A stretch of 64,000 nt of DNA from Lingula anatina (lineage: Eukaryota > Animalia > Brachiopoda): positions 20,526,848 through 20,590,847 of the forward strand of contig CM120643.1 in the NCBI GenBank assembly GCA_051362555.1, written 5' to 3'. This document shows, piece after piece, positions 51,501 to 64,000 of this stretch; the first letter of the stretch is position 1; every line of letters starts with the position of its first letter. The notes beneath the pieces are model-generated. The model made no database searches and was not told the origin of the DNA. It saw only the letters and a list, made by a program, of their open reading frames with translations. Position numbers and translations under genes: made by a program.

Positions 51501-54500
51501 TTTTGGAATTATATTCAATTTTTTTTCATTTCAACATTTTGGCATCTCTAAATTAAAATGTCAGGTATTTTTCCTTAGTCATATATCAAGTTATTTCTAC
51601 TGTTACCTTTGATAAGTCATTGATGACACTAAAGAGAAGATTGGGGTCATTTTTCTTCACCCTGTCTTTGAGTGTGGGGAGAGCATCCACCATCTGGTCT
51701 TTGTGGCCTGGAGGATTTCCTGACAAATAATAATAACAATAATAATAATAATAATAATAATACAATGTAAAGTTGGGTTTCACTTGGCCTTAATGAGGGT
51801 GCAGTGAGATTTACTCTCCTTAAGAACAGTATTACACTAGAATATCAATCAGAATGAAAACACCTCAAGATTAGGTAAAGCAATCTCCAAATGATATATT
51901 AATATTTGATTTTTTTAAATTCAATTTTTAAATTCAGTTTTCTGATTTGGCTAGCATGATCCCATAATTTCACCAAAATTTTCTCTCTAATGGTGAGCTC
52001 AGACAGAGTATTATTTTCCATACCTTCATATCTCAACTGTATCTTGAGTGTGGTCTGTACCGTCTCTATGGACAGCTGCCTGATGTCTACTTCACTGTCA
52101 GTACACCTTGGAATGAGGCGGCCCAGGAGGAGCTGGAGGGTTGTGAACACTGGGGAACCACTCTGAATGAGAGACAGGAGAACCGAGTAGTGAGTAGTGA
52201 CCTCTCTTTATCTTTAAATTAGGTGTGGTCATACTTCATAATGTGTTGTGTGCCTTATATATATATGCGATAAATTCCAGTCCTTAAACAATGAAGTCTG
52301 TTACCATGAAGCATTTGTTAAATGTGATGATCATTACAGTAGTTTTAAAAGTTTTGAAGCAGATCATAAACAAGCACATTCCTAAATATATAAATTATGA
52401 TAAAAAAAAAAAGAATAAATCTGTCAGTAACTGCTGCAGTAATTTTCCAAGATTTTCAGTTATCTTCATCGACCTTTACTTGTTAAAATAAAACATGAAG
52501 ATAAAACATTTAACATACCTTTATACATGAAGGTTTTCAGCATTATTTCTTGACTCAACAATGCATTAATATTCTAGTAAGAAAAAGACATTTACCCCCA
52601 TTCCAAACTCAAACTTTTCAAGGTAGCACTGCAGCAGGTTATGTGTTGTTCTTATGGCACGGAGACGTTCATGCTCGTGAATAGACAACATCCACGGCAC
52701 CAGGTGCTACATTGTTCATAAAAAAATTAACTTGACGATCTCAAATTCATTATTAAGGTACATACTAGTACAAATATTCAACCCTAAGCATTCCTTTTAA
52801 GTAGTATTCTTTTTCTAATTATTTTAACATTTTACTATAATAGGGTTCAGTAAATATAAATTAGATGAAAGAGAAGTTTGCTAGAGGATGAACATTTAGA
52901 ACAAGCACTTCACAATGACATAATATAAAGGGTCCTGAAATAATAGCAATTTCAAATTTTAATGTAAGATTTTGATTAGAAAAAGAACAAACAATTTTGT
53001 TATTATTTCAATACTCAGACTTAGTGTTTTCAGTCAGAATAAGCTGTATAAATTGTATACATTATGTACCCATCTGGAACTGTACCTTAAATATGCTCTC
53101 CAGGCCTACAGGTGAAAGATTCTTTAAGAGGATTTCTTTTAGTAAATCATCCAAGGCTTCCAAGGTGCTTTCTAGTAAAACTTCATGCTCTAACTGCTGG
53201 TCTGGATCCTCTTTGCCCTTCTTGCCTGTGGTGCCATCTAATGGCAGTGGGTAGACACAGTCTGTGGAAGTCTTGATAAGATCGAAGAGTTCAGCATCAG
53301 AGAGAATGGGGTCCAATTTACTGCATGGTGGTTAAGGAGGGAATTTATATATCCAAAATCAAGTCTGATTTATTTAAACAGCTTTTTTTTTCAAAAGTTA
53401 CCATCTACTAACAATTAGATTAAATCTGTCCCTCAAATAAACAATGCCATTCACAGCAATTTAATTTTATATTTACAACATATTATCAAATGAAGCTAGC
53501 TCATATGAATCATTCAATACACAGCAATCATATTACTGTGCAAAATATACCTCAGTGTGCTGCATGCATATTACAAATCAATCAAATTCAAATGAAAGTA
53601 TCAGTAAATGCTAATTCTAATCAATAACATATAAAAGCACTCAAATATAACTCATGCCTTACAATTACCAAAATGAAAACTTTTAAATAACACTGTTTTA
53701 ACTTTTAAAAATCATTTTTAAAACTTTATCTCTTCTCCTGTACTGTGTAAGGATACACCAGTGTGGCGCAGGCATTCATAGCCAGTGCCCTGGTCTCAGA
53801 GGGGAGATGGGCAGTGCCCTCTGCTTTCATATAACCCTGAAATACATGAGAGGATCCAGAGTTAAGACAAGATAATGCACCTCGAGTTCAAAACTATTTA
53901 TACTGATAAATATGACTGAAAGCAACATGTGTTTCACAGTACTTCATATCTTCAATGTGGCAAAGATGACAGAATGCAGCACATGTTTAAAATTAATTAT
54001 TAGAAATTGACACAAGGATGGCATAATTCATTCTCTGTTTCAAAACAGTTAACTTGTTGACAACCATTAACTGGTGTGTGTGTAATTTCTTAGCTCAGGA
54101 TGGTTATCAGTGTGAAGGTCTTTAAATCTAACTCCTCTCCGGACCATTATCTTTTGTATTACAACAGGGGTGTTACAACACCTACTTAATAGTTAAAAAT
54201 TTGTGTTCGAGTATGGTAATACCATAAAGTATCTTTTACAATTTGAAATCACAGTCACTGTGCTTAAATTGTGAGACATCAAAATTTAAAGTTTGTTGCT
54301 TTTATCCAGCTGATATTTCATACAGGCCTGTAGCCGGCAATTTCAAAAGGGGGGGGGGGCTTTTATTGAAAAAGAGGGCCTTCTCACCCCCCTTAAATTA
54401 CCCAACTTGAGGAATGGCAAAAACCTAATTCAAATTGTGATTTACTGTGGATCTTTTCCATCCAAAGGGCTGTCCTTTCCATAATCACCCTCTCCCCCCC

Positions 54501-55544
54501 CCCCAAACTACAGGCCTGTCATATAATACAAGCATACATTTAACTACAACTAGTTCATTTACAGAAACACAACTCTATATTAACACTTATTAAATATTAT
54601 TCAATACTGATACTGATATGATATAAGAGAATTCACAAACAGGACAACAACAGAGCAGACCACATGCCAGATAACCCTCATAAGTCATGTTTATCATGAA
54701 GACCTATGCTTTACTTTATAGGTCATTAATATTATCATATGATAATGTGCTGTTACTGCTATGACATAATACTGTTAATATCAACTGTAAAAGCTGTTGC
54801 TAGAATGTAAAGAGGATTATTTAAGAAGTGTGGATATAAAAGCAATTTTAAATGTGTGGAATTTATATCAAAATTGAACATGTTTGTTTGCCATGTAGAT
54901 TTAGACAGAAAAATTATTAGTGTCAAAACAAACAAGGAAAAAACTACAAAAGGAAAAATGTACTAATTTGTTAAAGAGAAGTAAATGTGTCAGATAAACA
55001 GTGCAGGCATGTTAGTCAGACAAAATGGAGACCTGTAGATCTGCCAGTCTCCATACATTTCCAAAGAGATCCTGCAAATAATTGCATCATTTTGAACAAA
55101 AAATAAAAGCAAGACATGAAGATGCCCACACATAAAATCAAGTTGAACTTCTTTATTTTAAGTTAGCTCATCTTCAATAATTCAGTATGGCAGGAACATT
55201 TTTTGCAAATTAATCATTAAGATCATTTTCAATAAACAATGGTAAAATAGCTGCACTGATGTTATTCTTTCAAATCTTGAAATTGCAAACAAATCACAAA
55301 GCACAGTTTTATCAATTATATCAACTATGGAAGCAAAGCATATTTATATTGAAATGACTGGAATCTTCTCAGCATTGGTGACAATCTCTCCTTTACAAAA
55401 AAAATTGAAATAAAACTTTACTACTGGCACAATGCACAAGCATAACCTTCTATTCTTTTCATATTTCATGATGGAAGTATACCGATCTCTTTCCATCTCC
55501 ATATTCCCAATTAAAAGAGACATACCCTTCCTCCCTCCCTCCCC

Positions 55545-55582
<38 letters not shown>

Positions 55583-58500
55583 ACCTGCATGTGTCCCAGG
55601 AGCTCTCCTCTGTTGGTAAGACTATGGGTCTGCATCAGATGGTCTGGGTGGAGAGCCTTCCCTATCAACTCAACTGTACGGATCAGGTTCTGCTTCACCA
55701 TGTTGTCCTGACACGACGACATATATTTATCAATAATATTATAAGAATGATATGCAAAATAAATATGATATCCAAAGATCAGTTTATAGAAAAACTAATA
55801 AATCCTTTAATTTATGCTCAGTACACTGAAACAAAAAAGATGCAAATGTGTATCATGATCTGAAGTTTACAAATATAACTCAAAATTAAACAGACTTTTT
55901 CTTGTATTTTTAAAATTTCTATCTGAAAGAAACAACAAGCTACAATGCATAAATATTCAATTACTAATTTTCTTACAATTAAAAATTAAAAGTTTTTCAT
56001 CATGATAGGATGTTCATTTTTAACATGCAAAAAAGAGTGGACAGGGCATATGGTCTGACTGACAGAGGCATACAACATGACTGACAGATTACCTTGACAT
56101 GTGAGAAGTGAGGTGTGATACTCCTCATAATGGTAGCCTCTATTCTGGACACAATGAGAGTGGCCGGGGCATACAAAGTGACAAAGCCGTAACATAACAT
56201 GGTGGTGGCTTTAATCTTCTCCAAATCTGCATCTGAGCTGGTGGCTTTTTCCTGTGAAAATCAACAGGTGAAGAAATAAGAGGTTATTCTTGAAATGTTA
56301 ATCAATGTAGTCACCATTAATTTGTACCAACTTATTATCGGAAGAGATTCGTTTTTTTTTTCCTTTTTTTTTTGGGGGGGGCAATTTGTATCCATAAACA
56401 CAATCATTTCTCTAATGGTGACAGTATTGCATTTTCAGATTATTCTAACAACAAATTTAAAAATAAATCTATTATGTAATCAATTAAACACATTCATTCA
56501 TACCTGCACACACACAGAACAATCAAATAAATAATGTCTTAGACTGATACCTTCAAGAAACCAAGAAATCCAGATGATTTTTTGGTCATTTCATTTTTGG
56601 CAACACTCTCCAGTTTTGTCAGCACACTGTCCAAGTGAGAAGATGCAGCAAATCCAAATGCAATGGCCACCCCCTAAAAATTTTAAAAACTGAAGTATAA
56701 GATCAAATTATTTGAGGTAGTTCTAAATGAGAATTCATGGAAAACTTCTGTTTTATGGTCACCTTTTAGAAGTGAAGATAATTCACAAGTTAATAATAGC
56801 AGTAACAGTCAGAACATTTCTAAAAGATTACATAATGATTTGATTGCATAAATGTAGACATCTCAGAAGCCGAAACATTAATTATATACCCTTATATCAA
56901 TATCGGAGAGTGAGTGTATGTCCAACACATTTCTACAAGTTCACTTAATATTTCAATAACATAAAGAAATCAGCATATACTTTATTTTTTTTGCCAGACC
57001 CTTTATATCTATCTCTACATTATCAATAACATTATCATAACAAATTCATATAATTATATTCTGTTATATATTTTATGTATATTTTAATACAATTCCTAAT
57101 GCCTTGCCTTTCTCGAAAACTAAGTTAATACTCACTTCTCTCTCCACCTGGTGAGTGTGGTTAACACTATTGAAGAGAACAGTCAGATGCTTGTTGACAA
57201 AGTCTTTCTTAGTCGACTTTCTCATGATAATACCAATACATTTAAAGATGAAGTTCTGAAAACAAATTTAAAACAAAGTGATCGTTCTTCAGTACTGCAA
57301 CAGTAATAATTTTATTAATGAAAGAAAATGGCTCTTTGCAAGTATTACAAAAATCTCATGAATTTTACACTACTGAATCATTATATACATGACGTCTTAT
57401 GTGTATATGACTTGGGAAAGTTCAGAATGCTGATACAATGTTCAGGTTTGATTATATTACTATGCCTTTTCTTAAAATAATTATGTACCTTCTCCTCAGG
57501 ATAGTTGGTATATAGCGGTATTTGCTCTCCCATAACTGCTCCCAACTCCTCTATCCAGTCCTCATCATTGACTTCATCCAGGGATTTGGACAACATCTAA
57601 AATCATCAAAAATTATCAATTTCACTAACAAATTAGCATTACTGTTATTATGTGTTTTAACTTAAAAAAAAATGAAAATTTAAAAATAATTTGTAGCTTA
57701 TAACATTTATACTTGGAGTACAGGAGTGCTAAGACAGATTTAATGGCAGTGTCTCAATTTTTTAAGTTACAAATATCTAAGCTGCAAATAAACCTCTGGC
57801 AGATGGCAATTACCTTGAGTGCCAAATCTTCCCAATTCTTTTGGTTCCATTTCTCATCTTCTGCACCTGAGAGGAAATAAACAGAACACTTATAATCTCA
57901 GTTGTTAGATTTAAGATCATTTGTGATATCTCACCTTCAGGTAAAATATTGTCCTTTTCAAATTTTGCACAATGTTTATATTTTCACAAAATTTGGTCTC
58001 AACTTTAGGACAAAGGATTTTGTTCTTCTTTGACACAAAATATATCATGATCAGCAGTAGTGTACTTAGATAAAATATTGTGTCTGTTTGGTATAAAGAA
58101 AAAATAGATAAGGTAATGTTTTAGTCCAACAGATTCTTTATCCTTGTGGCCAACTAAGGATTAAGCCAGAACTACAGTAAATCAAAATACATTTTGTTTT
58201 AATTTCTTGAGCAAGATCAATATTTGTTTCCACATAAAAGGTTTTCTTGCAGATCAAACTGTTGTTAACCTTCTACCATCAAACTGACCACAAGCTCCTG
58301 AAAGATCATATTATGTGTTTTCCTTACAGCCCACACTGCTACTTACCTTCTAAATACTGGACTAGTTTTGGTATAACAGTGTCCCACAGTTCCACCAGAC
58401 CCTCATTAAGATTGGGTGACAGTCCCTGCATGGCCTGTAGGACATGGAGTCCCCTATTGCCTCCATTAGTGGGTCTACCAGCAAGCACCTGTCATGATAA

Positions 58501-61500
58501 TGTATAAGGTAAAGGATTCATTTAAACAATCCGTCATTACTTGGTAGTCTTCTGCCCTGTTTTATTTACAAAGAGTTCTAAGTCATCAATCAGGTTTTAG
58601 GTTAAGCTGCCAACTTAAAGGATTTTTCCACCCAAATTTCTTTTCGCAAAAATTGTACACTCAGGCTACTGATCTCTTTTTTCTCACATTTAACTGATAA
58701 AACTTTGCCTTCAAACCAAATTCTCAACATTTTGACACACATTTCCACTAAAAATGATGTCACCTGTATCATTGTGTCACGTTAACAAACCTATTTGAGT
58801 TTAACAGAATAAGTAAAGCTCAGAAACTGATATATTTATGAAACAGGCTCAAGGATATCTGTACTTTTAACAATGTGTCAGTTGCTACAGCATGCTACTT
58901 ACAATTAATCTCGCAATCATAGCTGTTGGTTTGGGAACATTGGCTGGGAAAGAAAAAGAAACATATACAACAATTCTTAAATTTTTACTGCTTGTTCCAG
59001 TAATCAGAGACACCAAAACATGCATATTGAGTTTTTAATAAAAAGAATGACAAAAATGCTGATCATATTTTTGTAGAACCTTATAAGTTTATGTCAGATA
59101 AATATCATGGCTAAGCTTTGGAAAAAGCAACTGCTACACATGTCAAGCAGGCCTGTAGCCAGCAATTTCAAAAGGGGGGTTCTTTTTCTGAAAAAGTGGA
59201 CATTTTTCCATAAAAACTTCATGTACTTAGATCAAATTTTACCCAAAGTGGACCTTTTTCCCAGCAACCTCCCCCCCCCCCCCCCCCCCCCCGGCTATGG
59301 GCCTGTCAAGATATAACAAAAATTAGTATACCTTTATCCTCAAAGTCAATCACGTAGTCTTCGTCATTATTTTCTCTTTTCTGGCTGGCCAAGAAAGCAA
59401 CATTCTTACAAATGACTCCCATGGCATCTGTGTGCTGAACTGGGAGAAGAAATTCCAGGAGATATGGCCACAGAACCTGGTGGTTAGACGCACAGCAAAT
59501 CATAAATAGTGCTTCTTTAATACAAAACTAGAGGATCAGAGAGGCGATACCGCCTCCGAATATTGTACCACCAGCTGGAGCAAGCGCATTCGTATAGACC
59601 CCCACATATACAAAATAAGGGACATAGCCACCAGTTTTGTGCTTGACAAGCTGTAAAAATGCAATCAACAAGAATTTTTAAACTATTGCAAAAAATATAT
59701 ATGGTACAATCAAATTTAAGTTCTTCGTAAGGTAGGTCAAGGGTCAATTTCAAGGTCACAGTAAATTGCCAGTATATGACTTCCTATTCAAGTTCAAGAG
59801 TAACTATGGACCTATCTCTGTCAAGTTTGAAGTTAAAAGAGAAAGAAATTAGCAGAGTTCAGTTCATGGTGAAAAGTAGGACAAAGGTCAATTTTAATGT
59901 CACATTTATAATGCCAGTATATGACTTCCTATTCAAGTTCAATAGTAACTACGGACCTATCTCAGCCAGTTTTGGAGATAAAAGGAAAGCAAAATTTGCA
60001 AAATTCAGTTTATGGTGTAAAGTAGGTCAAAGGTCAATTTTAAGGTCACATTTAGATTGCCAGTATATGACTTCCTTTTCAAGTTCAATAGTAACTATGG
60101 ACCTATCTCTGCCAGTTTTGGAGATAAAAGGAAAGCAAAATTTGCAAAGTTCAGTTCATGGTGAAAAGTAGGTCAAAGGTCAATTTTGAGGTCACATTTA
60201 TAATGCCAGTATATGACTTCCTATTCAAGTTCAATAGTAACTACGGACCTATCTCAGCCAGTTTTGGAGATAAAAGGAAAGCAAAATTTGCAAAATTCAG
60301 TTCATGGTGTAAAGTAGGTCAAAGGTCAATTTTAAGGTCACATTTAGATTGCCAGTATATGACTTCCTATTCAAGTTCAATAGTAACTACGGACCTATCT
60401 CAGCCAGTTTTGGAGATAAAAGGAAAGCAAAATTTGCAAAATTCAGTTCATGGTGTAAAGTAGGTCAAAGGTCAATTTTAAGGTCACATTTAGATTGCCA
60501 GTATATGACTTCCTATTCAAGTTCAATAGTAACTATGGACCTATCTCTGCCAGTTTTGGAGATAAAAGGGAAGCAAATATTGCAAAGTTCAGTTTATGGT
60601 GAAAAGTAGGTCAAAGGTCACTTTCAAGGTCATAGTAAGATTGCCAGTATATGACTTCCTATTCAACTTCAATAGTAACTATGGACCTATCTCTGCCAGT
60701 TTTGGAGATAAAAGGGAAGAAAAATTTGCAAAGTTCAGTTCATGGTGAAAAGTAGGTCAAAGGTCACTTTCAAGGTCATAGTAAGATTGCCAGTATATGA
60801 CTTCCTATTCAAGTTCAATAGTAACTATGGACCTATCTCTGCCAGTTTTGGAGATATAAGGGACTAAATGTTATAATTTTGGAGTTACCATAATGTGCCT
60901 TAAATTTCGTACAGAAAAAATTAATTAAAATAAAAAAAAATGTCATTTTGGTCAAAATTCTTGAAATAGGAGGTGCTCTGAAGTTTCAGAAGTTCAAATT
61001 TGATGAAATAATGTCATTTTTGAACACAAGTTGTCTGCTTTGCCAAGCCTTATGTTTTATTTTTCCAGAGTTCAAAATTTATTATCCATTACCGTACTGC
61101 ACATTTTGCTTTTACCACCAATATGTACTTTTTGATACAGCGTAACTCGAAAACTGTATGGAATACAAAAATACCGAGACCACCTCCAGTGTTGGGCTTT
61201 ACATGCTCTACAAAATGCAATAAAGAATGGGTCTCTAGCATTAACGGTTCCCGAATTAGAGACAGTTTTCAGTTTCGGTATCTTATGGCCGCTACTCCCG
61301 TGAAAATGCACCGATTGACCCCAAATTCATGGAGATGAAAGATGACCTGAAGGGTAACACCTTCCAATAATATTATTGGTTAAGTCTGTGTGGTGTCTGA
61401 ATAACAGGGCAAAAAAATTTTTTTTCGTAAAAAATTTCATTTTTTTGAAAATTTTGGCCCATTTGACCTTGAAGTAAAGGTCAAAGGTCAAATCCAAGGG

Positions 61501-63514
61501 TATATTTGAAATCTACACATATGACTTTTGGAAAGCCGTCTATAGAAATTTTTCCCATAACTCCTTCCGTAGGGTAGATAATTAGCATTTAATTTTGCCA
61601 TTTTTAGACAAGGGTGCATTGCAATGAGTGCCACACCCAGACCCCAATACCGACAAAGCCCAAATTTTACGTGGAACGAGTTGAGATTATAGGTGACCTA
61701 AATCCATGAGATGGGTACGGGGGCCCTTACCGTCTAGGAGGAGAAGCGGTAACGGTAGCCGTCCGGCGGAGCCAACGGAGCCGGCGGAGCCGGCGGAGCC
61801 GGCGGAACGATCCGGACGGGACCGAAACCATGTGTACCGCCAGCGCTAACGCTGGTGGTACAATAATACATAAAAATAAAATCAGGGTTCTTTAATACAA
61901 TTTTATCTGCAGTGACTTAATATGGCTTCAATTTTTTAAAAATTCTTTCATGCTTGAAGTCAAACAAGTTTACACTGAGCACCTGTAATATTCATATTAA
62001 TCAATCTTAGATTGTTTGAATTCCTATTTGTGCTAATTCTTCTATCTGTAGAATGCATCTCTGAGTGTAAAGACACATGTCCACTTACTACATCTATTCC
62101 CTCTATTGTGGTAGTAATTAGATGCAGCACATTCTCACACATCTTCCTCAGGGCCCAGTTGCTCACATATTCCGGGTCATTGGACCTGGTCTGTCAAATA
62201 AATGAAAAAATTATATAATAGACATATTGCAGCAATAACATTTATTCTTATTGATCCTTTTGCATGTTATCTGATCTGAGAAATAACCTGACATGAGAAA
62301 TAAATAATGATTTAAAAATAATACAACAATAACCAGTATTGTAATTTATCTGTTTAGTCTTTATATTGTACCATTTGTATTTCAAATTAGATAAGCCAAT
62401 TTCAAGGGGGTAAATATACGGAACAACCAAAAAATTCTGACATAGCCCTATTTTACCAATCTAACTGATAATCATTATGAGAATCAGCTTATGGTGCATT
62501 TCTCTGTTAAGTATAAAACAGTACTTTACTGTCTATTTGCAAAACAGGGCCTACTTTTGTATCGTCTGGTAAAGAGCACTGTCTGATGACAAAGTCAACC
62601 ATCAACTGTCCACCTTCCTCCTCCAGGTGGCCATGATGAGCCATAGCACTGACCACCTGGGCTATCACTTTCTTCACCTGAGAAATAATACACATAACAA
62701 ATAGTTCACTAAAAAACTAAAACTAATTATAAATATTACCTATACACATCATGATTTTCAATATGAGCTTATCTTCACTTTTAACAAACAATCTACATAA
62801 TTTTACCAATCTGTAAACATTCAGCATGTATGCATTTACCTTGTTGTTAGTTTCATTCAGTGCCAATCCTTTCAATCCAGACACAATAAGAGCTTTCTTA
62901 TTCTCCATAGCCTCTCCTGGAGACAAAGTATTCATTTAACAGTAAGATATTTTGATAAACATGTTGTTATAAGTACAATCATATGTGTAAATATGAACAG
63001 TGAAAGCAAACAAAGTTGTACTGTGTATAAATTTGCAGCAAAACAAAGTGTCATTTGTGAGTTCAACTCTAACTTGTCATCAATGACAGTAAGCAAATCT
63101 GTTGTGTTTCAAACTGTAGCAAAAACTGAATCAACATATTATTACTTGCTACCTATTAATCTTTCATAACCAATGGCAGTGAAATAATGTCTTAAATTGT
63201 GGGAATACAAAGAGCTAATTGCACAGTGATGATGACACTGGACTTGAAAAGAAGTTCTCATTTAATAAATTTGTCAACTGTTTTTGAAAGCCTTAAAGTA
63301 AACTTAAAAGGCTAGTTGGCTGTTTAGGGGGAAACTTTTTGTGCTTTATAAAGATATAAATGCCTTAGCATAAACACAATATAGACTTATTCATCCCTAC
63401 CTCCAGTATTGATGAGCTGTTTGAAAATAATCAGTGTGGCAATCTTGGTTCTTTCATTGCTTGTCTCCAACTTTGTCAGTAGGTAACCCACCAGTCTGTC
63501 TGAGAAAGCAGTGG
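42977..63514 (-). CDS. MROH1: MROH1 (maestro heat-like repeat family member 1 / HEATR7A), last 32 coding exons; gene continues beyond 64000
   Basis: Phase-compatible GT-AG exons: 63401-63514, 62840-62916, 62555-62677, 62089-62190, 59332-59476, 58903-58943, 58347-58488, 57814-57866, 57489-57596, 57136-57255, 56551-56673, 56093-56251, 55585-55707, 53757-53836, 53086-53320, 52596-52706, 52024-52162, 51607-51719, 51219-51371, 50727-50881, 50154-50319, 49706-49843, 49332-49411, 48860-48997, 48281-48395, 47761-47907, 46981-47169, 46629-46784, 45970-46104, 43671-43773, 43308-43373, 42977-43059. Motifs VLWPYLLEFL, MLCYGFV, LIPRCTD, CIRGLGN, IRPCFEK, LLLHLNDP; ends AAEAMSWLYDY*. Confidence 0.92.
43918..45632. 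mobile_element. HINE-like family A copy 3 in an MROH1 intron
   Basis: Same termini and perfect hairpin as copy 1, with fewer internal repeat units. Confidence 0.8.
47261..47446. mobile_element. Small inverted-repeat MITE remnant
   Basis: TCATAAATGCTGGATA ... TATCCAGCATTTATGA. Confidence 0.55.
48453..48498. repeat. (AT)n microsatellite
   Basis: Direct observation; other simple repeats at 6708-6740 (T)n, ~22659-22693 (CA)n, ~51725-51761 (TAA)n and ~55548-55579 (CT)n. Confidence 0.95.
53321..53756 (-). other. U12-type (minor spliceosome) GT-AG intron in MROH1
   Basis: 5' site GTATCCTT and branch site TCCTTAAC 10 nt before the intron end; splicing keeps the frame (TLV-KLDPIL). Confidence 0.9.
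54323..54518. mobile_element. CAGGCCTGTAG MITE with 5-bp TSD (TCATA)
   Basis: TIR CAGGCCTGTAG / CTACAGGCCTG with subterminal G and C runs. Confidence 0.8.
59148..59305. mobile_element. Second CAGGCCTGTAG MITE with 5-bp TSD (TCAAG)
   Basis: Same family as 54323-54518; TSD on both sides. Confidence 0.8.
59526..61866. mobile_element. HINE-like element family G with a 146-bp satellite array (~8 units, ~59740-60860)
   Basis: AACTAG start, subterminal TGTACCACCAGC, GGAGCCGGC microsatellite, terminal hairpin TGTACCGCCAGCG-CTAA-CGCTGGTGGTACA. Confidence 0.78.
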
Positions 63515-64000
63515 CTATAAAAAAAATGCTGAAAATTTATCTATATTCACTGTTAACCGAATAGCCTAGATTTATGAAGTTTCGTCTGAAAATACTGTAG
63601 AATTAAGAAAGCAGACCTTAAGTTATCTGTTTTCTTCTTACAATTGTCTAGCTTTTGTGAATTTTCCATTGTAAATATGTTGGCTGGAAATGTACAGATT
63701 GAACGTACAGAGATGCACTTGTTATATCTGTAACATTGTGATGTTGTGTTACATGTTCTCCTTCTTCATATAAGTTATCTTATTGTAGTCAATTATAACA
63801 GTGTTAGATAAACAAGTAATTTTATTTCAAATTTCTGACCTGGGTCATAAATCATTACTGAAAAAGGTCTTTCAATCATGTGGTCATGTATAGAGCTTTG
63901 GGTATAATTTTTAAGGAATGTATCCAAGGAAGTATTAGCATATTGTTTGTTTTGCAACCAATATGAAGTGTGACATAATGTTGTCATTACTTAACTTACC

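Noticed and set aside
59740-60860. 146-bp array and its overlapping ORFs as a CRISPR array or repeat-protein gene
   Set aside because: Units are contiguous with no unique spacers, lie inside an intronic HINE-like element, and no cas genes are present; the ORFs arise from the repeat period.
1-64000. tRNA, rRNA or prokaryotic defence systems
   Set aside because: None recognised by eye; the spliceosomal introns and eukaryotic transposons show a metazoan nuclear locus.

Overview
AT-rich animal (most likely marine invertebrate) genomic DNA; no prokaryotic features. Left end (1-~8256, +): the 3' part of a Ty3/Gypsy LTR retrotransposon. It has a gag CCHC knuckle separated from pol by one in-frame TAG, a 1356-aa PR-RT-RNaseH-IN ORF with a chromodomain-like tail, a decayed env/F-protein-like third ORF, and a probable long 3' LTR. 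Middle (13.3-40 kb, -): a diverged, 3'-truncated VPS4 gene. Its 21-kb first intron holds nested non-autonomous DNA transposons, a duplicated intron segment whose copies give reciprocal empty insertion sites, and a hidden ~1.2-kb acidic-repeat exon that becomes in-frame once two transposons are removed. Right (43-64 kb, -): the last 32 coding exons of an apparently intact MROH1 (maestro HEAT-repeat) gene, with one U12-type minor intron. Several Helentron-associated (HINE/DINE-1-like) elements carry internal satellite arrays. All calls come from manual reading; no database searches were run.
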